In this document: in pieces, positions 1 to 6,634 of the stretch
Layout: each line of letters begins with the position of its first letter
Position numbering within the stretch: position 1 is the first letter of the stretch
Source: an uncultured virus (IMG/VR IMGVR_UViG_3300008050_000035)
Lineage: Duplodnaviria; Heunggongvirae; Uroviricota; Caudoviricetes
Length of the DNA stretch: 20,000 bases
IMG/VR virus record: IMGVR_UViG_3300008050_000035
Location: 54,974-74,973 of that record
Strand: one strand, 5' to 3'
Program-made: the position numbers and the translations under genes
The notes under the pieces: model-generated
The model's input: only the letters and a program-made list of their open reading frames with translations
Told to the model about the DNA's origin: nothing
The model's database searches: none

Positions 1-602
1 GGCTGTAATTGCCAGTCAAAGTTAATGCGCAAGTCACAGCCAAGACAGTCTTTCAGCCAATCGCCTATTTGAGCATTTCCAGGATCCCCATTAAGCAGTT
101 CATTAAAGTCAGCATCGAACCCAACACTCCCCTCAGTTCCAACTTTAAAACTAGGTTGCGAAATATCAGGAATCTCCCCCTGCTCTGTGTCAGGACGATC
201 TGGACGATCTTCACCACTAGCAATCCATGCGAGGTCATTGTGACTGTCACTCCATGATTCTTGCTCATCGCTAGAATCATCAGACAGACCACTACCCTCC
301 AGTCGAAAACCAGGAGCTTCCCAACCGTCTGCGGTACCGCCCTGTCCGCTGGCACTACGTTGATTGCTCGCAGGAGCAGAAACACGCTTAGCGTTAGCTG
401 TTCTACCCATAGTTAGTGCTTTGTCAGAACTGCTAAGGATTTGATCCATAGCATTTAATGGACTTTGTGCGGTCGCTAGTATTGCTTGACGATCTGTAGA
501 CCTGAGTGCAGCCTTTTCGAATTGATCAATAATGAGTGTTAGATGCTCATACAGATGGGGGTTGTCATAGTTAATGGGCGGCAGACCTGGTAAGCTAGGC
601 AT
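1..602 (-). CDS. Hypothetical protein, 3'-truncated by window edge (MPSLPGLPPINYDNPHLYEHL...DCLGCDLRINFDWQLQ>)
   Basis: Not in the ORF track. Read by hand: ATG at 602 overlaps the stop of the upstream gene (595) and the frame is open for 200 codons to the window edge; same strand as the late operon. Confidence 0.8.
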   Translation of the reverse strand, partial: MPSLPGLPPINYDNPHLYEHLTLIIDQFEKAALRSTDRQAILATAQSPLNAMDQILSSSDKALTMGRTANAKRVSAPASNQRSASGQGGTADGWEAPGFRLEGSGLSDDSSDEQESWSDSHNDLAWIASGEDRPDRPDTEQGEIPDISQPSFKVGTEGSVGFDADFNELLNGDPGNAQIGDWLKDCLGCDLRINFDWQLQ

Positions 603-906
603 CGTCGTCATCATCCTCTTCTAATTTAATCAAGTCTTTATAAACCTTAGACCCATCTTTAGTTTGATCGGAAAAAGCTTTGTACTCTTTGGCTCGCTGT
701 CGTGCTTCGCTATCGTCTTCAAGGTTGATAGGATTGAAACCGTCAGGATCCACAAGATCCATAATTTGCTGAAGAATTGCAATAAAATCCTCTTTATGTA
801 CAAAGTCACGACCAATCTTAGCAAACATTTTCAGATACTGTTGCTCTAGTTGAGCACCATCATCAGAAGAATCTTCTTCACGAGCAGCTCGAATTAAGAA
901 CCCCAT
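595..906 (-). CDS. Hypothetical acidic protein (103 aa)
   Basis: ORF abuts both neighbours (TAATG overlap at 906); acidic C-terminal tail. Confidence 0.8.
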   Translation of the reverse strand: MGFLIRAAREEDSSDDGAQLEQQYLKMFAKIGRDFVHKEDFIAILQQIMDLVDPDGFNPINLEDDSEARQRAKEYKAFSDQTKDGSKVYKDLIKLEEDDDDDA

Positions 907-1406
907 TAATCATCTCCCCAATTCCCATTCGTGTAGTCGCTGGCTTCTTGGTCTTCGATTTGACGCTTAGCTTCCAAGCAGGTCTTGTACATAGAGTATG
1001 TTAGTGCGCTTGGCTTAATGCCGAACACAGCTTTGACTGCTCTTCGTAAAGCTTGTTTTTTTCTCAGGTCTACCTTAAATGCAATCTCAGCCTGCCCATC
1101 TGGGGCAGCCTGCTTGTCTATCCTGGCTCTAACAGATGCAATCCTGCTGCGTGTAGCAGCAATAGCATCTCTGGTTTCGTCAACTTTCTGTTCTATAACA
1201 GCTGCTTCTTCTGCTGTGATAGGTTTTGGCGCATCAGATTGAAAGAGTCTCTCCTCTACTTCTTTAATGCGCTCTTCAACAATTTTCAAATCATCTTCAT
1301 CAAGCTTAAGTGCCTCGGCAACTTTGAGATCCTCGGGGGCGTAATCGGGACGATAGAGTGATTGTAAAATAGGCTCTAATTCCTTTGGAAGTCTCTTGCT
1401 CATCAA
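906..1406 (-). CDS. Hypothetical coiled-coil protein (166 aa)
   Basis: Operon packing with overlapping start/stop; helical heptad-like central region. Confidence 0.8.
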   Translation of the reverse strand: MMSKRLPKELEPILQSLYRPDYAPEDLKVAEALKLDEDDLKIVEERIKEVEERLFQSDAPKPITAEEAAVIEQKVDETRDAIAATRSRIASVRARIDKQAAPDGQAEIAFKVDLRKKQALRRAVKAVFGIKPSALTYSMYKTCLEAKRQIEDQEASDYTNGNWGDD

Positions 1407-1867
1407 GCACCAACTTTCTTTTCATAAAAACTAAGACGTACACGTTGGTTTTCACGTAACTGAGCTGCCTGACCTCCAGGACAATACACTCGCATCCAGA
1501 TAGGGTGAAATGTATAAGTGTCTGCAGCCAGGGTGCTTCCGATATCAGGAAGTACTAAAGGCTCTCCAGATCTAATCTCATCCCATTCTGCTTCAGTGGG
1601 TCTGCGCTCACCATAAAGATACTTGATGCCCCAGCCAGTATCACCGAATTCACCTGAATCATTGTAGATATCCTGCTCATAGGAAAGCGTAAGATCAGTA
1701 TAGTATGTGCTTGGATTGTCATTGCGCAGGTACACAAGTTGCTCATGAGCACCACCTAAACGCCCATCGGAAAAGGTCCTATGTGGACCTTGCCTGTTGG
1801 CCTCAGTGCCAACAATTGCTAAAGAGGCATAGGCCTCCTTATCGTCGTTAAAAAATCGCAATGCCAT
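1403..1867 (-). CDS. Hypothetical protein, possibly virion structural (154 aa)
   Basis: GAGG SD upstream; beta-rich-looking aromatic pattern; lies downstream of terminase in the late operon. Function is inference only. Confidence 0.75.
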   Translation of the reverse strand: MALRFFNDDKEAYASLAIVGTEANRQGPHRTFSDGRLGGAHEQLVYLRNDNPSTYYTDLTLSYEQDIYNDSGEFGDTGWGIKYLYGERRPTEAEWDEIRSGEPLVLPDIGSTLAADTYTFHPIWMRVYCPGGQAAQLRENQRVRLSFYEKKVGA

Positions 1868-1869
1868 AC

Positions 1870-2544
1870 TTACCTCGAAAAACTGTTGCCGCGACGGCTA
1901 TTGAATCCACGCTTGTGCGAGCGTCCATTACTTGCAAACATGGCACCGAAGCCAGCACCACCAAGCATTGCTCCGCTACGAAACATGTTGTGACGACCTT
2001 CAGTGCTGTGAAAGCCCCTAAGCCCCTTATGAACAACACCCTTGTGCTTGTTCCAAGCTCGACTCATTGGGCCCCATTGGGCGTTAGCCCCGATCTTGCT
2101 ATCAATACCAGCATAAACGCTATTGCTTATGTTCGCACCCTTCCTGCTAAAAGACCTGAAAGCCTTGCCAGCCACCATGCCTCCACCTGCACCCAAAGCA
2201 GCACCTTTGAGACGCTGACCTGGGTCAGCAGTCATGGCGCCAAGCATGCCACCGACAGCAGCGGCAGAACCATACCCCGCACTCCAAGAGGCAGCAGGGT
2301 TGACTCCAGATGTTATGCTTGGGGTTGCAGGCGCACGAGCACTCAACCCCCTAGGTGCTACTGCACTGATCCCTCGTGGAGTTCCAGTAACTCTTGGACG
2401 AGAGGGTGCACGAGCCGCTCTTCCGGGAACTGCTCTCATTCCGTAATCAGGAACACCTGTCCCTCTGGCAGCTTGAGCGCCTCTCATGCCGCGCATGACG
2501 CGACCTTCTTTAAGTGCAGCTTTTAACATTGGGTTAATTGCCAT
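1870..2544 (-). CDS. Gly/Ala/Arg-rich, very basic protein (224 aa), possible internal virion/ejected protein
   Basis: Start overlaps the terminase stop (TAATG); only about 5 acidic residues; Gly-rich hydrophobic helices. Confidence 0.75.
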   Translation of the reverse strand: MAINPMLKAALKEGRVMRGMRGAQAARGTGVPDYGMRAVPGRAARAPSRPRVTGTPRGISAVAPRGLSARAPATPSITSGVNPAASWSAGYGSAAAVGGMLGAMTADPGQRLKGAALGAGGGMVAGKAFRSFSRKGANISNSVYAGIDSKIGANAQWGPMSRAWNKHKGVVHKGLRGFHSTEGRHNMFRSGAMLGGAGFGAMFASNGRSHKRGFNSRRGNSFSR

Positions 2545-4823
2545 TACTTTCTCCTTCTCCGAATAGAGCGTCGTCTTTCTTTGCGTCTACTCACTACATG
2601 GGAGCTCACACTTGAATCTCCCTCGTACAAGTGCTCAGTGTCATCACCGTATCCACGATAATCCTTCGCCTTATTCTTAAGCCATTCTCCTACAGAAAAG
2701 CCTTTTTTGTCCACTCTGTCTCGACCTCGTTGCTGTACTCTACCTTTTTGCTGCTGGTTGCGTTTTGCAGCATCAGCAGCAGTCTCACCCTCTCTCATTG
2801 TCTGAAGGAGTTCGATAGCTCCTGGAAAAGTAGTTTGCTGACGTTTAATTAAACCCAGAACTTCAGAACCAGGACTATCTTTACCACGCTCAGACTTGGC
2901 AGCACGTTCATCTAAATATTCTCTACTCATAGCCTTCGGTCGGCTGTGGGCCATGTTCCTTCCACTATAAAGACCATTTTCAAGTTGAATGCCAGCCAGT
3001 GCAAGCATTAGTGCATCTAGTCTGTGATCGCCAACCCGATCGGACTCAGCCCCATACACCGGCTTGTTGGTAATATGAGACCTTCGCAAAACAACATAAT
3101 TCAGCATCTGTTTGCGTAAATGGTCCTCGGTGCTTGGCATCCAAAAGATGCCATCTTCCATAACGCGCACAGCAAACTCAACCAAAAATTCCTTTCCTGT
3201 CTTGTGAATCTTTGCGCCGTCAATGGGACTGCGCAACTCAACTTTAGAACTAAAGTTAAAAGACACAAGTCTATCTTTAATTTTAGCTGTCTCTACGTCA
3301 CGGCGAGTAACCTTGGGTTGCATAGCTACCTGAGCGCTAAGGACTTTGAGATCTTCAATGATCGTATGCCCATAACCTTCATCAGCATAGATGTAGTCGG
3401 GTTTCCATTTGTAATTTAAACGAACAACCTCTTCTTTCCATTTCATACTGCTAAATTCACTTGCCTGTACATTCACAATGTCCAAAGCTATGAACCGATG
3501 GGTCATTGGATCATACCCAACGACAACGAACTCGGTGCCAGCATTTTTGTTCCAGTCAATTCCAATACATTTAAACATCTTGCCGGGATCAAGTACACCA
3601 AGTTTCTTTCGCATGTATGCTTCGTCAATACAGCGTTTTATATCATAATCTTTCATCGCAGCATAGACATATGATGGTTTGAAAACACCATAGCTGGTAT
3701 CAACGAACAGAGCCATATACTCTTTATTAAAGTCCTCTTTGGAACCCTCTTTCTCATAAAGCTTTTTATTCTTATCCCACTGAGGAAGGACAGTTGAAGG
3801 AAGATGATCTTCTTTAAAAGAGTCATCTTCTAGACACCATTCGTAAAATTTGGCACGCTTACCAATTGGAGTGCTGGTAGCAATAAGCATAACTTCACCG
3901 AGCGCATCGGTCAGAAGGATAGGAAGGACAACTTTATTCAAAGTCTCTTCCGGAATCATGTCCATTTCATCAAGATAAATAATATTAGCGTTACGCCCAC
4001 GCATGGTACCACCACCAGAACCATCGGCTTTGGTGGCAACACCAGAGACGAAGCCGTTAATTACAGCTCCATTATCCATATCCATATGAAAGTACGGGGT
4101 CTTAACATAATAAGACCCACCTGACGCGGTCTTGATTCGTTTACTCAATTCGTAAGCTTCTTTGCGCTTAAGTAGTTTCTCCATCTCGTCAAAAATATTA
4201 AGCAGCTGAGACTGAAATGGAGTAACAACCATAATCTCTGGACCGGTCATAATCTTCTCGCCAGTCTTTTTATCGGTGCCGCGCTGTACCTCTCGATTGT
4301 ACGCCAGGTACAGTAGCTTCAATGCAATAATAAAAGTTTTACCACTACGACGACCTTCCCTGATGACTAATTTTTCACTAGTGCACCGAAGCTGTTCTTT
4401 CTGATATGAACGCAAATTCCATGTAGGGTCCGCATCGTCAAAACCGAACATCAAGGTCGCCCAAGCAACTGGGTCTATGGTACTTTTAAGCAGCAACTGG
4501 GCCCGTTCTGGGTCCATGTTGTTTTCTACAATCATTTTTCGCAGAGTGCCAGCACTGCCAGGAGGTAGGCTTTTTGCAATACCTTTGCAGGGCACTTTGA
4601 ATTCGTTGATAATGTTACCATCATCATCTCGTCTTCCTGCGTACTTTATCATTTGTCTTGCTTGGCAGTTGATGCAAGACCTGTGGACATCTGTACGAAT
4701 TCCATACTTGTTAGATAGCCAGTCTATGTCTTGGATATCTAATCGAGCGTCAGGATTTTGATATTCAACCCCATACTCATTTTTAACATAAAGTTTCTTC
4801 TTGATTTCAGTTAGATTCGGCAT
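2544..4823 (-). CDS. terL: Phage terminase large subunit (759 aa)
   Basis: Adenine-binding LRSYQ, Walker A GRRSGKT, MRG, Walker B IIYLDEMD, coupling motif TSTP, RNase H-like nuclease acidic motifs GIDWN / ADEGYG / DHRLDALMLA. Confidence 0.95.
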   Translation of the reverse strand: MPNLTEIKKKLYVKNEYGVEYQNPDARLDIQDIDWLSNKYGIRTDVHRSCINCQARQMIKYAGRRDDDGNIINEFKVPCKGIAKSLPPGSAGTLRKMIVENNMDPERAQLLLKSTIDPVAWATLMFGFDDADPTWNLRSYQKEQLRCTSEKLVIREGRRSGKTFIIALKLLYLAYNREVQRGTDKKTGEKIMTGPEIMVVTPFQSQLLNIFDEMEKLLKRKEAYELSKRIKTASGGSYYVKTPYFHMDMDNGAVINGFVSGVATKADGSGGGTMRGRNANIIYLDEMDMIPEETLNKVVLPILLTDALGEVMLIATSTPIGKRAKFYEWCLEDDSFKEDHLPSTVLPQWDKNKKLYEKEGSKEDFNKEYMALFVDTSYGVFKPSYVYAAMKDYDIKRCIDEAYMRKKLGVLDPGKMFKCIGIDWNKNAGTEFVVVGYDPMTHRFIALDIVNVQASEFSSMKWKEEVVRLNYKWKPDYIYADEGYGHTIIEDLKVLSAQVAMQPKVTRRDVETAKIKDRLVSFNFSSKVELRSPIDGAKIHKTGKEFLVEFAVRVMEDGIFWMPSTEDHLRKQMLNYVVLRRSHITNKPVYGAESDRVGDHRLDALMLALAGIQLENGLYSGRNMAHSRPKAMSREYLDERAAKSERGKDSPGSEVLGLIKRQQTTFPGAIELLQTMREGETAADAAKRNQQQKGRVQQRGRDRVDKKGFSVGEWLKNKAKDYRGYGDDTEHLYEGDSSVSSHVVSRRKERRRSIRRRRK

Positions 4824-5223
4824 CCTGTGCGTTCCCCAAATAGACCACTGTGCAATTGCCTAGCTTCAAGAACGGGCGCACATGTGTCTTCCAAGCTTTA
4901 GCATTCACACCATGGGCGTCTTCGACAAGGTAAGCCTTTGAAGGAACTCTGTTTTTCGACCCACTTACTACATGCAAGTTTTGTCCAGTTTCTAAATTAA
5001 CACACTGCAAAGAGCCACCATTTTCAAACGAAACACGAACAAGTGGATTCGTTTGGGAAACTGAGACCTTGTCAAGATGATACGCGAGCTCCCTGACTAA
5101 AGCTCTGTCTAGCGCATCGAACCAAACACCAGAGCCAAACAAAATTAAATCTTGTTTCTCTTTGGCAGCTTCGTTGAGAAGCTGTGTTGCAAGCCTAAGT
5201 CTGCTCTCGTATAGCATAGCCAC
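4807..5223 (-). CDS. Small protein resembling a degenerate terminase ATPase subdomain (138 aa)
   Basis: Overlaps the terL start. FENGGSLQ / AYLVEDAH..AWKTHVRPFL / TVVYLGN align by eye with TerL MDNGAVIN / IIYLDEMD..TLNKVVLPIL / EVMLIATST. No Walker A. Confidence 0.6.
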   Translation of the reverse strand: MAMLYESRLRLATQLLNEAAKEKQDLILFGSGVWFDALDRALVRELAYHLDKVSVSQTNPLVRVSFENGGSLQCVNLETGQNLHVVSGSKNRVPSKAYLVEDAHGVNAKAWKTHVRPFLKLGNCTVVYLGNAQDAESN

Positions 5224-5224
5224 C

Positions 5225-5548
5225 TCAAAACATACTAAAAATCAATCCTGCAATCCCGCTGGCGATAAGAGACGCAACAGCTGAAGCAATTCCAATGTAA
5301 ATTTTGGTACTCTGTTGCAGACTTATCATCTGTTTATCAAGATCGGCAGTACGAACTTCCAGAGCCTCACGTTTTCTTCTCTCAGCTTCCAGAGCATTTT
5401 CAAAATCTTGACGCATAACAGTCTCCCCCCTGAGATGAGATATCTCAAGACGAATATCATTCATGCTGTCTTTGACTTCGCTAAGCTCTGTTTGTAATAA
5501 CAATTTGATCTCCGCAATAAGCTGGGCAGGTTGAATTTGATTACTCAT
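5225..5548 (-). CDS. Coiled-coil protein with C-terminal transmembrane helix (holin-like/XhlA-like architecture), 107 aa
   Basis: Start moved to ATG 5548 (GGAGGT SD); heptad region followed by IYIGIASAVASLIASGIAGLIFSMF. Holin function is not established. Confidence 0.6.
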   Translation of the reverse strand: MSNQIQPAQLIAEIKLLLQTELSEVKDSMNDIRLEISHLRGETVMRQDFENALEAERRKREALEVRTADLDKQMISLQQSTKIYIGIASAVASLIASGIAGLIFSMF

Positions 5549-5729
5549 CTTCCACCTCCTTTTCACAAACCGTATGACAAGTGTACTCTATCATTATATT
5601 TTTCACAGCTCCGTTTTTAATAGAGTTTGTTTTGGGTTCTTGTATTACAAGAAGCTGAGAGGGTTTTTGCTCTGTGACCAACTCGTTAAGTTGGTCAAGA
5701 AGGAAGATCAACCTGCCTAATCTATTCAT
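5541..5729 (-). CDS. Hypothetical protein (62 aa)
   Basis: ATGA overlap with the upstream stop at 5726; fills the operon gap exactly. Confidence 0.6.
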   Translation of the reverse strand: MNRLGRLIFLLDQLNELVTEQKPSQLLVIQEPKTNSIKNGAVKNIMIEYTCHTVCEKEVEDE

Positions 5730-6634
5730 CTGTACCTACTGTGATAATTTTTACTGGGCATGTGCATAAAACCTGCCTCTTGCCCTAAGGCACTTCGTGC
5801 GTTTAAGTGTGATTTGTGCATTGCTTGCACAGCTCTGGAGCGCATAGTCATCGCATTCTGAGTCATAAAAGCTGCCATGCTACCACTGGTGTCAATACCA
5901 CGCTGTCGTTGGCGATGCTGATACCCTTGTCGAAGAATGGCTGTGCTGCCTTTAACAACGGCAGCACTAGCAGCTGCCGTGACTCCAACAGCAGCCATGC
6001 CACCTGCAATTAGCGGATTGGTAGCTGCAAAACGCAAAGGCGCAGCTCCAATAAAACCACCAATAAAAGCACCAGGAGTACCTAAAGCTGCTTGACCAAT
6101 GGAAGCTCCAATGCCAGCTCCAGCGAACCTAGCCATGCCGCCAATTATGCCTGCCCCACCACCAAATGCAATCCTAGCACCAGCAGTTTTTACTCCAGTT
6201 TGAGCAATCCTAGACATAAATCCAATGTTTGCGCTAGGACCACTTGTGCCTAACGCCCCATATGCAAACCGTGCTACAGCACTAGCTGTTGCCACTTCCC
6301 AAACCGCTGCATCCTTGGCACCAGTCCATCCACCTTCCTGACCGGCCGAGTAAACATTATAAAAACTAAAAGCCCCACCTGCTGCGCTTCCAAGCATGCG
6401 TCTTCCCACGCCTTTAGGAAACATCCTTCGGGCAATATCTGGCATAACTGTTGTAGGAGAAGCATCCAGAAGTGCATTGTACCCGTGCCACCTAACACCA
6501 TTAGGTAAACCCTTTACAGGCTCAAAACCTCCAGCAAGCATACCTCCTGCCTGAGCGTAATTCCGAAACCCACTTGCGTATGGATTGTTCCAGGTCTTTC
6601 CGATAGTATTTTTAAGTCCTTCCCACATTCTCAC
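5726..6634 (-). CDS. Gly/Ala-rich basic protein with hydrophobic glycine-zipper-like helices (302 aa), possible ejected/membrane-inserting virion protein
   Basis: GxxxG-rich hydrophobic stretch (FAGAGIGASIGQAALGTPGAFIGGFIGAAP); overlaps the upstream stop; late operon context. Confidence 0.75.
   Translation of the reverse strand: MRMWEGLKNTIGKTWNNPYASGFRNYAQAGGMLAGGFEPVKGLPNGVRWHGYNALLDASPTTVMPDIARRMFPKGVGRRMLGSAAGGAFSFYNVYSAGQEGGWTGAKDAAVWEVATASAVARFAYGALGTSGPSANIGFMSRIAQTGVKTAGARIAFGGGAGIIGGMARFAGAGIGASIGQAALGTPGAFIGGFIGAAPLRFAATNPLIAGGMAAVGVTAAASAAVVKGSTAILRQGYQHRQRQRGIDTSGSMAAFMTQNAMTMRSRAVQAMHKSHLNARSALGQEAGFMHMPSKNYHSRYR

Noticed and set aside
1861..2526. 221-aa plus-strand ORF
   Set aside because: Antisense shadow of the Gly/Ala-rich gene 1870..2544, which fits the operon; no SD.
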